32,939 bases of DNA from Bacilli bacterium (GCA_036658935.1 JAVXDN010000003.1:1-32939), one strand, 5' to 3'. Shown: positions 18,692 to 27,830, counted from the first letter of the stretch. The notes: generated by a model not told the origin, from the letters alone. Program-made: numbers and translations.

Positions 18692-19966
18692 ATGAATATA
18701 AAAGATATTATCGCTAGAAAATCAAAGAAAAAGAAGTTATCAAAGGAAGAATATAGTTTTGTAGTTAATGGATTTGTTGATGGAAGTATTACAAGTGAGG
18801 ATATGTCTACATTTTTAATGTTAATATATAATTATGGAATTTCTTTTAATGAAATATTTTATTTAACTGATGCTATGATTAATAGTGGGAATGTAATAGA
18901 TACTAATACTTTTTCTTGTCCTATTATTGATAAACATTCTACTGGTGGAGTTGGAGATAAAGTTACTTTAATTATTACGCCTGTCTTAGCTAGTTTAAAA
19001 TTATATATGGTTAAAATGAGTGGAAAAAGTTTAGGTGCAACTGGTGGAACTGCTGATAAACTTATGAGTATTGATGGATATAATATAGATATTAGTCTTG
19101 AAGATATGATAAAACAAGTTAATGATATAGGGTGTTGTGTTGTTAATAAATGTGGTGATATTGCCACTGCAGATAAAAAAATATATGCTCTTAGAGATGA
19201 AATAGGAGCTCTTGATAGTATTGCTTTAATAGCATCTTCTATTATGAGTAAAAAGATTGCTCTTGGAGCTAAATACATTATAATTGATTTAAAATTAGGG
19301 GATGGAGCTTTTATAAAAAATAAAAAAGATGCTAATGTCCTAGCTAAATATATGATTAAATTAGGTGAAATGTATAATAGAAAAGTTGAAGTAATTATAA
19401 CTGATATGGACTGTGTACTTGGTAATAGTGTTGGAAATAAGTTAGAAGTACAGGAAACTATTGATTTCTTTAATGGTATAAGAGATAAAAGACTTTTAGA
19501 ATTAGTTTTATTTATATGTGCAAAACTTTATAAAATGGCTAATAAGTGTTCTTTTAAATTTGCTTTAAATGAAGTTAAAAGAGTAATTAATAATAATGAA
19601 GCTAAAGATAAGTTTTATTCTTGGATTAAATATCAAGGTGGTAAGATAGATAGTTTTGAAATTAATGCAAAACAAGTTGTTATAAAATCTGATAAATCTG
19701 GTTATATTAATAGTATTGATGCTTTAGGTACTGGTCAAATAGTGTTTGATTTAGGTGCTGGAAGAAAAGAGAGAACAGACATAATTGATACTAATACTGG
19801 AATTAAGTTCTTAAAAGCTGTTGGAGATAGGGTAGAATTAGGAGAACCAATAGCAGTTTGTTACTATAATAAAGAGATAGATGATATAGTTTCTAGAGTA
19901 AGAAATGTTATAACTATTAATAGTCATTATAAAAAGATTAAGGACATAATTTTAGAAGTTATTTAA
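18692..19966 (+). CDS. pdp: Pyrimidine-nucleoside/thymidine phosphorylase
   Basis: DKHSTGGVGDK, KMSG..LG.TGGT.DKL, ADKKIYALRD, IASSIMSKK, LGAGR. Confidence 0.92.
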   Translation: MNIKDIIARKSKKKKLSKEEYSFVVNGFVDGSITSEDMSTFLMLIYNYGISFNEIFYLTDAMINSGNVIDTNTFSCPIIDKHSTGGVGDKVTLIITPVLASLKLYMVKMSGKSLGATGGTADKLMSIDGYNIDISLEDMIKQVNDIGCCVVNKCGDIATADKKIYALRDEIGALDSIALIASSIMSKKIALGAKYIIIDLKLGDGAFIKNKKDANVLAKYMIKLGEMYNRKVEVIITDMDCVLGNSVGNKLEVQETIDFFNGIRDKRLLELVLFICAKLYKMANKCSFKFALNEVKRVINNNEAKDKFYSWIKYQGGKIDSFEINAKQVVIKSDKSGYINSIDALGTGQIVFDLGAGRKERTDIIDTNTGIKFLKAVGDRVELGEPIAVCYYNKEIDDIVSRVRNVITINSHYKKIKDIILEVI

Positions 19967-19993
19967 ATATTATATAGAAAGAGGAATATAAGT

Positions 19994-20719
19994 ATGAAGA
20001 AATTATTAATAATTTTAACTTGTTTTATTTCTTTTTTTTCTTGTTCTTTAAATATTCATGCTATTAAAAATATTAATATAGTTAATAATTCTTTGGTACC
20101 TTTATTTGATAAAAGTACTTATATATATAATGTATATGTTAGTGAAGAGACTAGTGAAGTTATAATTGAGGGGACAAAAGAGAATGAAGATGAAGTTATA
20201 ACTGGAACAGGTAAAATAAAAATTGAAGGGAATAAGACAGTAGCGGAAATAAGTAATGGAATAGAAAAATATTATATTAATATTTTTAAAAATTATAAGA
20301 TAGAAAATAATAAGTCTGATGCTTCTTTGAGATTTTTAAGTATTAAAGGATACAATATTGATTTTAAAAGTGATGTATTTGATTATAAAATAGAAGTTAA
20401 GGGGTATGATGATTTAGAGGTTATTTATGTTGGAGGGAATGAGAACAGTAAAATAGTTATGAGTGGTAATAGGAATTTATTAGATAAGGATAATGTAATA
20501 GTTATTAGTGTTAAAAGTGAAGATAAGACAAATAATAATGTTTATAAAATACATGTTAATGTTTTAAGTTCAGCTTTTAAAGAAGAAAAAGAAAAAAGCA
20601 ATTTTAAAAAAAGCTTTTCTAAAGATGATAAGATTATAGTTTTTTCTATAGTATTTAGTTTTTCATTAATACTTATTTTTATTCTATATTTTATTATGTT
20701 TCATAAGAAGAAAAACTAA
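19994..20719 (+). CDS. Membrane-anchored surface protein with two cadherin-like beta-sandwich domains
   Basis: N-terminal signal peptide; LVPLFDKSTYIYNVYV and SDASLRFLSIKGYNIDFKSDVFDYKIEV..ISVKSED....VYKIHV; C-terminal TM followed by KKKN. Confidence 0.7.
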   Translation: MKKLLIILTCFISFFSCSLNIHAIKNINIVNNSLVPLFDKSTYIYNVYVSEETSEVIIEGTKENEDEVITGTGKIKIEGNKTVAEISNGIEKYYINIFKNYKIENNKSDASLRFLSIKGYNIDFKSDVFDYKIEVKGYDDLEVIYVGGNENSKIVMSGNRNLLDKDNVIVISVKSEDKTNNNVYKIHVNVLSSAFKEEKEKSNFKKSFSKDDKIIVFSIVFSFSLILIFILYFIMFHKKKN

Positions 20720-21540
20720 TATAATTCTTTATATTCTTCTAGTGTTATATTTTTTTCTTTTATAATTTTAGCATGTTCTATACCTACATATCTATAGTGC
20801 CATGGTTCGCATTTATATCCAGTTATGTTTTCTTTTTCTTTAGTGTATCTTTGAATAAAACCATATAAATGGGCATGGTCTAAAAGATAAGTGTATTCTT
20901 TTGTATTAATAAAGTCATCTAGTGATCCGTTTGATGATGTTATATCTATAGCATATCCTGTTTCATGTTCTGAATGTCTTTTTCTAGCTGAATAAGTGTC
21001 AGCTTTTAATACTCCATCATTTAGAACATATTTATTATATAGTTTTTCTTGATAAGAAGATGTCCTATATCCTGAGACAATATACATATTTATATTGTCT
21101 TTTTTGGCATCATCAAACATTTTGTTAATAGAGGAGAGTACATTAGATTTTATGTATTCCTCTTTAAATGTTTTATCACTACTTATTTTAACTAAGTCAT
21201 TTGGTTCGTAATCTTCAGGAAGTGCATTATATTTATTTACTATTATTAATGGATTAGTGGTATCTTTAATAGTTTTTATATTTGTATAGAATGGGTAATC
21301 AAGTCCTATATTTACGTATGTTACTGTATCTTTAGTATTTAAATTTTTTAATTTATTATATTCTTTATACCTGCTAAGATTTTTTTCTATATAGTTAGTG
21401 ATTTCTTGATATTTATTATTTTCTTTTTTTACTTCTATATTTTTGTTATTTAATTTCTTTATCAAGAATAATCCTCCTAGTATAAATATAACTGATATTA
21501 TTCCAATAAATAATGCATATATATTATTTTTCTTATTCAT
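20716..21540 (-). CDS. M15B (VanY/LdcB-like) carboxypeptidase, catalytically intact
   Basis: N-terminal TM; SGYR, SEHETGYAID, EPWHYRYVG; AGGTGA RBS favours ATG 21540. Confidence 0.9.
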   Translation of the reverse strand: MNKKNNIYALFIGIISVIFILGGLFLIKKLNNKNIEVKKENNKYQEITNYIEKNLSRYKEYNKLKNLNTKDTVTYVNIGLDYPFYTNIKTIKDTTNPLIIVNKYNALPEDYEPNDLVKISSDKTFKEEYIKSNVLSSINKMFDDAKKDNINMYIVSGYRTSSYQEKLYNKYVLNDGVLKADTYSARKRHSEHETGYAIDITSSNGSLDDFINTKEYTYLLDHAHLYGFIQRYTKEKENITGYKCEPWHYRYVGIEHAKIIKEKNITLEEYKELY

Positions 21541-21640
21541 ATCATTCACCTAAATAATTATATCACGTTCAGATAAGTTATATGTACGATACTACTTTAA
21601 AAAGTTAAATATATGTGATATTATTTATATGGTGAATGAT

Positions 21641-22540
21641 ATGAATTCAAGAATGGAAAGATATCAAGAAGAAACTCTAGATACTAGTAGTAGAATTAGT
21701 AGGAATCAAGAACTTTATAATAGTGAAGAAGTTCCTCTATATTCTAGAAGTGTCAGCAACAGCAATGTTAGGGTTCTTGATACTAATCAAAAAGATATAG
21801 ATATTGAAAAAATTAAAAAATATATTATTGATATGAATACTCATGAAGATGTTAAAAAGAATAGATTAAGTGATATTAATATTAATGAGGATGATTTCTC
21901 TATAGTAGAGGAAAAAGAAACTCCAACTAAGGTATATGATATCAATAGTGTTTTAGAAAAAGCTAAAGAAGGTAGAGAAAGAGTTTATGAGAACGATAAG
22001 TATAGGAAACTCAGAGATACTCAATTTGATATTTTAAGTAAAATAGATATGCAAGAAAAATCAAATGAAACTTTAGAAAGCGAAGATTTTAATACAAATG
22101 AAAGAACTTTAATTGATTTAATTAATACAGTTACTATAAATAGAGGAGTGGATTTACTAGAAGAACTTACTAAAGGAGATCCAAGTGAAGCGGTAGCACC
22201 TCAAAAAGTTAATAAAGATGATAATATTAATTCTACAGAGGAGTTTAAGTTTAGAGAACAGAATAATACAGTAAGTGAAGAAACTGTCGAAGAGATAAAA
22301 GAAAAATCAAATACTTTAGTTGATCTTAAAAAAGATGAAATAGCTAAGAATATAGATAATAGTTTTTATACAAGTTCAAATAGTTTTAGTAAAGAAGATT
22401 TTGAAGGATTTGATGATATTGATAAGAAAGGTAAGAAAAGTAATAAGTTAGTTATATTTAGTGTTATTGTTTTAATACTTTCAGTTCTATTTACTTTATT
22501 TGTAGTTGTTAATTATATTTTCGATTTAGGACTATTTTAG
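21641..22540 (+). CDS. Hypothetical acidic protein with a C-terminal TM anchor
   Basis: About 300 aa, acidic and likely disordered; KKGKKSNK then a hydrophobic helix; GGTGA RBS before ATG 21641. Confidence 0.8.
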   Translation: MNSRMERYQEETLDTSSRISRNQELYNSEEVPLYSRSVSNSNVRVLDTNQKDIDIEKIKKYIIDMNTHEDVKKNRLSDININEDDFSIVEEKETPTKVYDINSVLEKAKEGRERVYENDKYRKLRDTQFDILSKIDMQEKSNETLESEDFNTNERTLIDLINTVTINRGVDLLEELTKGDPSEAVAPQKVNKDDNINSTEEFKFREQNNTVSEETVEEIKEKSNTLVDLKKDEIAKNIDNSFYTSSNSFSKEDFEGFDDIDKKGKKSNKLVIFSVIVLILSVLFTLFVVVNYIFDLGLF

Positions 22541-22576
22541 AATAGTTCTTTTCTTTTAAAAGTATAATGTTAATGA

Positions 22577-23329
22577 ATGAAAAGAAAAATGAAATTAAAA
22601 AGAGGTTTTAATTGTAAAGATAATTTAGAGAATAAGATTATATTCACATTAATCTTAGTTTTATTGTGTTGTTTTATTATATTTAGAGTTTTAGGTAAAA
22701 CTATTAGTCCAATTCTTATTAATTATGCTGAGGCAGAAACTAGAAGATTATCTTCTATTATAATTAATAATTCTATTAAAGATTATACTAAATATAAGAC
22801 TGAAGATATTATTAATACAGTATTTAATTCAAATAATGAGGTTGTAACAGTAGATTTTAATACAACTTATGTTAACTCTATTTTGTCTTCTTTAGTTAGT
22901 GATATTCAAAATAAACTTAAATGTTTAGATGAAGCTAAATTCAGTGAAGCTGGTATATTAGTAAGTGAAACTTCTTTTAAAACAGAAAGAAATAATGTTG
23001 GAGTTGTTTATTTTATACCTTTAGGTGTTGTTTTTAATAATGGTATTTTGGGTAATGTTGGACCTAAAATTCCTCTTAAAACTAATTTAATGGGGAATGT
23101 TATAGGGTCTATAAATGTAGATATGCATGAATATGGTATTAATAATATCTTAGTTAAGTTATTTATAAATATAGAACTTGTCAATAGAGTAATTCTTCCT
23201 TTTTCTTCTAAGAATGTTAAACTTAAGAATGATGTCTTATTAGCTAGTAAAATAATTCAAGGTAAAATTCCCAGTGTTTATGGAGGAAGTTATAGTACTA
23301 CTAGTCCTTTAATTAATTCAATTTCTTGA
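22577..23329 (+). CDS. yunB: Sporulation protein YunB
   Basis: N-terminal TM, P.L..YAE.E......IINNSI, IPLGVV..N.ILGNVGPKIP, EYGINN, ILPF, IIQGKIPSVY; adjacent to yutD as in Bacillus. Confidence 0.88.
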   Translation: MKRKMKLKRGFNCKDNLENKIIFTLILVLLCCFIIFRVLGKTISPILINYAEAETRRLSSIIINNSIKDYTKYKTEDIINTVFNSNNEVVTVDFNTTYVNSILSSLVSDIQNKLKCLDEAKFSEAGILVSETSFKTERNNVGVVYFIPLGVVFNNGILGNVGPKIPLKTNLMGNVIGSINVDMHEYGINNILVKLFINIELVNRVILPFSSKNVKLKNDVLLASKIIQGKIPSVYGGSYSTTSPLINSIS

Positions 23330-23374
23330 ATAATGATAATAAGAGTGATAATATAATACTAGGTGAAGAAAATC

Positions 23375-23653
23375 ATGGAAGAAATTAATGCTCTTGAACA
23401 AAATTATGAAATAATTACAAATTATAAAGATTGTTTTGATAATGATGAATTTAAAGAAAAATGTACTGAATATTATCAAGAATTTGATTATATTGTTGGC
23501 GATTTTGCTTATGGGAAACTTAGACTTAAGGGATTTTGTGATAAGAATAATAAGATGTTTAAGGAAATAAATGATTTTAATAATCTTCAAGAATATTTAG
23601 AACATAATTGTGCTTATGGATGTAAATATTTTGTTTTGAAGAAAATTAATTAA
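23375..23653 (+). CDS. yutD: YutD (DUF1027) family protein
   Basis: FDYIVGDFAYGKLRLKGF, YLEHNCAYGCKYFVLKK; AGGTGA RBS favours ATG 23375. Confidence 0.9.
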   Translation: MEEINALEQNYEIITNYKDCFDNDEFKEKCTEYYQEFDYIVGDFAYGKLRLKGFCDKNNKMFKEINDFNNLQEYLEHNCAYGCKYFVLKKIN

Positions 23654-23672
23654 TTTTATTATGGAGTAAATA

Positions 23673-24251
23673 ATGAATAAAAGTGATGTGTTTTTAAAAG
23701 AAATTGAGTATATTGAAAATGAAAAATATAAATTAAATATTAGTCTTATGTTGAATATTTTACCTGATTATTTTTTTAGAGTTCCTGCTAGTTCTACAGG
23801 GAAGTATCATCCAGCATTTTCTTTAGGAGAAAAAGGACTTGTAAGACATACAAAGGCTGCGGTAAGAATAGCTAAAGATTTGATGGATAACTCAAGTATT
23901 GGATATAAATTTAATCAAAACGAAAAAGATTTAATATTAATGGCTTTATTACTACATGATGGATTAAAATTAGGATTAAATGAAGAGAGATATACTAAAA
24001 GTAATCATCCTATTTTAGTGTGTGAATATCTTATAAGTAATAAATCTAAATTTAGTTTAAATGATGAAGAACTTTTATTTATTACATCTTTAATTGAAAC
24101 TCATATGGGAGAATGGAATAAAGATTTAAATGGAAATGAAATACTTAAAAAACCTAGTAATAAATATCAAGAGTTTGTTCATTTATGTGATTATTTATCT
24201 AGTAGGAGATATTTAGATATAAAGTTTATAGATAATAATATTATTAATTAA
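23673..24251 (+). CDS. HD-domain phosphohydrolase (YhaM-HD-like, no OB fold)
   Basis: PASSTGKYHP, GLVRHT, LLHDGLK, THMGEW, VHLCDYLSSR. Confidence 0.85.
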   Translation: MNKSDVFLKEIEYIENEKYKLNISLMLNILPDYFFRVPASSTGKYHPAFSLGEKGLVRHTKAAVRIAKDLMDNSSIGYKFNQNEKDLILMALLLHDGLKLGLNEERYTKSNHPILVCEYLISNKSKFSLNDEELLFITSLIETHMGEWNKDLNGNEILKKPSNKYQEFVHLCDYLSSRRYLDIKFIDNNIIN

Positions 24252-24279
24252 TTTTTTGTTAATAAATAGATGAAAATAA

Positions 24280-24308
24280 TTGATAATATTTTTTTTCTGT
24301 GTTAGAAT
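24280..24308 (+). promoter_or_regulatory. sigma-A promoter of the three-gene operon
   Basis: TTGATA-17-TAGAAT with extended TG. Confidence 0.6.
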
Positions 24309-24345
24309 TAATAAAGAGTAAAGAAGAGTACTAGGAGGATATTAT

Positions 24346-24606
24346 ATGAAGAAGATTAAAATTCAAAATATGGATGGAACTATGGAAGAGATGGATTTGA
24401 TAAAGTCTTTTGGAGTTAAAGAGCTTGATAAAGATTTTATGATATTTACTAAGGGTGAAAAGATTAAAGATGGAGTTAGTAAAGTCTATGTATCTGAAGT
24501 AGTTGAAGAAAGTGCTGAAGTTTATAAATTAATTGGTATAGCAGATGAAGATACTTGGGAGAAAGTAAAAATTGCTATGAAACAAATAGTTCAAGGAGGA
24601 AAGTAA
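24346..24606 (+). CDS. Small acidic protein, DUF1292-like
   Basis: KIKIQNMDGTMEEMDLIKSF..KELDKDFMIFT...LIGIADEDTWEKVK pattern; AGGAGG RBS. Confidence 0.7.
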   Translation: MKKIKIQNMDGTMEEMDLIKSFGVKELDKDFMIFTKGEKIKDGVSKVYVSEVVEESAEVYKLIGIADEDTWEKVKIAMKQIVQGGK

Positions 24607-24607
24607 G

Positions 24608-25384
24608 ATGACAGATAATTTAACTATAATACCATCTAAGTCTGCTTCTAATGAAGCATCAGTTGTGTATTATGTAAAAAATATGAAAGTAGTAGGACTT
24701 AAAGATGAAGATATTCCTGCTATGTTTAATTCTAAAGTTCCAGAAGTTCCTGAATATGTGGTACCACCTTTAGAAGAGAGTAAAGAAGCAGTAGAAGAGT
24801 TTAATCCTATTAAACCAGCTAATAACTCAGAAGTACCAACTGTTGAAGAAAATCATGATAAAGTAGAACAGTTTTCTCGTGAGTTTACAGCTGAAAATGA
24901 GCCTTTACCTGGAATGGAAGGATTTCCTACTCCTTTAATAAGCCCAGAACATCCTAATAATGTATTTACTAGAGTTTCTTCTCATATTTTAGGACAAGAT
25001 GCTACTAAACCAATAGTTAATGATCCTGTTGAAACAGAAGTTATATTACCTCAAAGTGAAGCAAATACAGTTCCTGTAGAAGAGACAAAAGAAGAAGCGT
25101 TAGAAAGTACAGATTTATCTCTTTTATTTGGACAATTTAGAGAAGAATTATTTGCTAAATTAGATGCAATAAGTGTAGAAGTTAAAAAGTCTAGTCAATT
25201 ATTTAATCAAAAAGTTGAAGAGATTATGGCACAACAAAAATTAGATGATGAAGCTTATGAAGCTACTATTAATGAACTTAATAATGCTACTGAATTAAAA
25301 GCAGTAGTAGGAGAAAATGCTCCAGTATATAAAGAAAATGAACCTGTTATACAATTTCCAACTGAAGGTGGAATGAGGTTATAA
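24608..25384 (+). CDS. Hypothetical Pro/Glu-rich disordered protein with a C-terminal helical/coiled-coil region
   Basis: 258 aa; AAGGAGG RBS inside the upstream gene; 1 nt after its stop. Confidence 0.85.
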   Translation: MTDNLTIIPSKSASNEASVVYYVKNMKVVGLKDEDIPAMFNSKVPEVPEYVVPPLEESKEAVEEFNPIKPANNSEVPTVEENHDKVEQFSREFTAENEPLPGMEGFPTPLISPEHPNNVFTRVSSHILGQDATKPIVNDPVETEVILPQSEANTVPVEETKEEALESTDLSLLFGQFREELFAKLDAISVEVKKSSQLFNQKVEEIMAQQKLDDEAYEATINELNNATELKAVVGENAPVYKENEPVIQFPTEGGMRL

Positions 25385-25389
25385 TTAAT

Positions 25390-25650
25390 ATGGGACAAAA
25401 TGAACCAAGTGTTAAGGTTAAAAATAATATTTCTCGTATTAAAGAATTATTTGATTTACTTACACTTGAAAATAGTAACTTAAAAGAGATGTTAGATACA
25501 GCTAATGCTAGAAGAGAAGCTGCAGAACAGACTTTAAAGTCTGCAAGAGAAATGGCTGCAACTATGTCTAATACAATTCCTAAAAGTGGTGATACATCAA
25601 CTTCTAGTGAAGATGATTTCGCTCATGTATATAAAAATGATGCTGCTTAA
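25390..25650 (+). CDS. Small coiled-coil hypothetical protein
   Basis: IKELFDLLTLENSNLKEMLDTANARREAAEQTLKSAREMA heptads; GAGGT RBS. Confidence 0.8.
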   Translation: MGQNEPSVKVKNNISRIKELFDLLTLENSNLKEMLDTANARREAAEQTLKSAREMAATMSNTIPKSGDTSTSSEDDFAHVYKNDAA

Positions 25651-25670
25651 AAAAATTAAGCAGTTTTTTT
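25643..25670 (+). terminator. Intrinsic terminator
   Basis: CTGCTTAA-aaaaa-TTAAGCAG plus T7. Confidence 0.75.
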
Positions 25671-25712
25671 ATAATATAATATTATATTTTACATATAATT
25701 TAGAGATGAAAT

Positions 25713-26639
25713 ATGAAAAATGCGATATTCTATTATTACAATTTAAGTCCTCTTAAAGTTTATCAAAAACTTAATAGTGTTTATTTTTATATTGATGATA
25801 TAAAATATATTTTTATGCCTTTTAATAGAGATGTTAGTGAAGTAGAAACACTTATAAATATTAGTAATACATTATTTAAAAAAGGTGTTTTAGTTCATAC
25901 TTTTATTATTAATAAATATAATAGTTTTATTTGTAATTATAATGATACCGCTTATGTTTTGCTTAGAGTTAATGATATAACTGATGATGAGGTTACTCTT
26001 CAAGATATTATTAAGTTTGATAATTCTCTTGTACTTAAAAATAATATTACTCTTTTAGGTAATTCTTGGGGAGAATTATGGGAGATAAAAATAGATAATA
26101 TAGAGAAGTCTATTAGTGATTTAAATCAAGAATATCCGCTTATTAGATCTTCTGTATCTTATTTTATTGGTATAGGGGAAAACGCTTTAGAATATGCTAA
26201 TAATGCGTTAATAGAAGCTAAAGGGAGTGATGAGCTTAGATATGTTGTAAGTCATAGAAGAATAATAGATAATATTAATTATGATTATTTATATAATCCT
26301 TTAACTTTTACAATAGATTATGATGTTAGGGATATAGCTGAATATATTAAAATGATGTTTTTCTCTAAAAAGTTTGATTTTATGGAATTAGAAGATATGA
26401 TGAATAAATATAAATTAAGTGATTTACAAGCTAAGTTATTATATTCAAGACTTTTATATCCAACTTATTACTTTGATTTAATTGAAGAGATAATTCTAGG
26501 TAATAGAGATGAAAAAGATATTATAATTATCACAGATCTTGTAAGTAATTATGAGGATTTATTATTTGATATTTACAATTTAATTAAAAAATATAATAAT
26601 ATTCCACCTATTGAATGGATATTAAGACAAAAAGAATAG
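25713..26639 (+). CDS. yutH: Spore coat kinase-like protein, YutH/CotS family
   Basis: W.ELWE.KID, S..YFIGIGENALEY, SHRR, NPLTF.ID...RDIAEYIK, LLYSRLLYPTYYFD, IPPIEWI; CATATAAT box upstream (25692-25699). Confidence 0.8.
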   Translation: MKNAIFYYYNLSPLKVYQKLNSVYFYIDDIKYIFMPFNRDVSEVETLINISNTLFKKGVLVHTFIINKYNSFICNYNDTAYVLLRVNDITDDEVTLQDIIKFDNSLVLKNNITLLGNSWGELWEIKIDNIEKSISDLNQEYPLIRSSVSYFIGIGENALEYANNALIEAKGSDELRYVVSHRRIIDNINYDYLYNPLTFTIDYDVRDIAEYIKMMFFSKKFDFMELEDMMNKYKLSDLQAKLLYSRLLYPTYYFDLIEEIILGNRDEKDIIIITDLVSNYEDLLFDIYNLIKKYNNIPPIEWILRQKE

Positions 26640-26669
26640 AATATGTTATAATATTTTTTAGTGATGTTT

Positions 26670-27023
26670 ATGAGTAATTTTAAAATAGGAGATATTGTTA
26701 AAGGTCAAGTTACAGGTATAACTTCTTATGGTGTTTTTGTTAGTTTAGAAGATGATTATACAGGGTTAGTACATATTAGTGAAGTTAGTGATGGTTTTGT
26801 TAAAGATTTGAATGATAACTTTAAAATAGGAGATATAATTAATGTAAAAGTTTTAGATATTGATGAAGATAAAAGTCATGTTAAGTTATCTATTAAAAAA
26901 GTTATATTTAAAGTTAAGAATTTTTATACTAAACTAGTAGAAGAAGGAGAAGGATTTAAACCTTTAGAAGAAAAGCTAAAAGGTTGGACTAAAGAGATAC
27001 TTATAGAGAAAAAGAAACGATAA
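26670..27023 (+). CDS. S1 RNA-binding protein (YugI/GSP13-like)
   Basis: GDIVKGQVTGITSYGVFV, GLVHISEV, KLSIK, GFKPLEEKLKGW. Confidence 0.88.
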   Translation: MSNFKIGDIVKGQVTGITSYGVFVSLEDDYTGLVHISEVSDGFVKDLNDNFKIGDIINVKVLDIDEDKSHVKLSIKKVIFKVKNFYTKLVEEGEGFKPLEEKLKGWTKEILIEKKKR

Positions 27024-27051
27024 AAGTGTAGGTAAAGTAGGACAAAAACTA

Positions 27052-27080
27052 TTGACACAGTGTATCTTAGATGATATAGT
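27052..27080 (+). promoter_or_regulatory. sigma-A promoter of the tRNA operon
   Basis: TTGACA-17-TATAGT with extended TG. Confidence 0.85.
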
Positions 27081-27104
27081 TATTTACGTCATTAGTGTTA
27101 TTTT

Positions 27105-27181
27105 GGGCGATTAGCTCAGTTGGTTAGAGCATCTGCCTTACAAGCAGAGGGTCGGGAGTCCGAGTCTCTCATCGCCCACCA
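27105..27181 (+). tRNA. tRNA-Val(TAC), T-loop TCCGAGT
   Basis: Cloverleaf, anticodon arm TCTGC-CTTACAA-GCAGA, encoded CCA. Confidence 0.95.
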
Positions 27182-27186
27182 GATAT

Positions 27187-27262
<76 letters not shown>

Positions 27263-27265
27263 GGC

Positions 27266-27349
27266 GGGGAGATAGCGAAGTGGTCAAACGCGGCAGACTG
27301 TAAATCTGTTCCTTCGGGTTCCATGGTCCAAATCCATGTCTCCCCACCA
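27266..27349 (+). tRNA. tRNA-Tyr(GTA), T-loop TCCAAAT
   Basis: GCAGA-CTGTAAA-TCTGT, long variable arm, CCA. Confidence 0.94.
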
Positions 27350-27367
27350 CTTGTATTTTAACGATAC

Positions 27368-27442
27368 TGCCTCGTAGCCAAGCGGTAAGGCACGCGACTT
27401 TGACTCGCGCATTCGCTAGTCCGAATCTAGCCGAGGCAACCA
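27368..27442 (+). tRNA. tRNA-Gln(TTG), T-loop TCCGAAT
   Basis: U1-A72, CGCGA-CTTTGAC-TCGCG, CCA. Confidence 0.94.
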
Positions 27443-27451
27443 ATTTTATTT

Positions 27452-27527
27452 GACCCGCTAGCTCAGCCGGTAGAGCATTTGACTTTTAATCAAAGGGTCT
27501 GGGGTTCGAATCCCCAGCGGGTCACCA
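27452..27527 (+). tRNA. tRNA-Lys(TTT)
   Basis: TTTGA-CTTTTAA-TCAAA, CCA. Confidence 0.96.
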
Positions 27528-27544
27528 ATTTTTTTTAATAATTT

Positions 27545-27633
27545 GCCTTAGTGGTGGAATAGGTAGACACGCAGGACTTAAAATCCTGTGGGCATTAAAA
27601 CCCGTGTCGGTTCAAGTCCGACCTGAGGCACCA
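27545..27633 (+). tRNA. tRNA-Leu(TAA)
   Basis: CAGGA-CTTAAAA-TCCTG, long variable arm, CCA. Confidence 0.96.
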
Positions 27634-27641
27634 ATTATTTT

Positions 27642-27734
27642 GGAGGAATACCCAAGTCTGGTTGAAGGGAACGGTCCTGAAAACCGTCAGATCGGGAAAC
27701 CGGTGCAGGGGTTCGAATCCCTTTTCCTCCGCCA
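27642..27734 (+). tRNA. tRNA-Ser(TGA) with C33
   Basis: ACGGT-CCTGAAA-ACCGT, long variable arm, G73, CCA. Confidence 0.92.
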
Positions 27735-27753
27735 ATAATTTTTTTATTAATAT

Positions 27754-27830
<77 letters not shown>

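Noticed and set aside
9436-19278. ORFs 9436-9741, 10631-10840, 13109-13321, 16080-16271 and 18859-19278
   Set aside because: Each is fully nested in a well-supported gene on another frame or strand.
23318-23590. 90-aa minus-strand ORF
   Set aside because: It is antisense to yutD; the Ile/Phe-rich composition reflects AT bias.
26677-26836. Direct repeat TTTAAAATAGGAGATAT within the S1 gene, considered as a DGR TR/VR pair
   Set aside because: It is short, encodes the normal repeated FKIGD motif of S1 domains, and shows no adenine-specific mismatch pattern.
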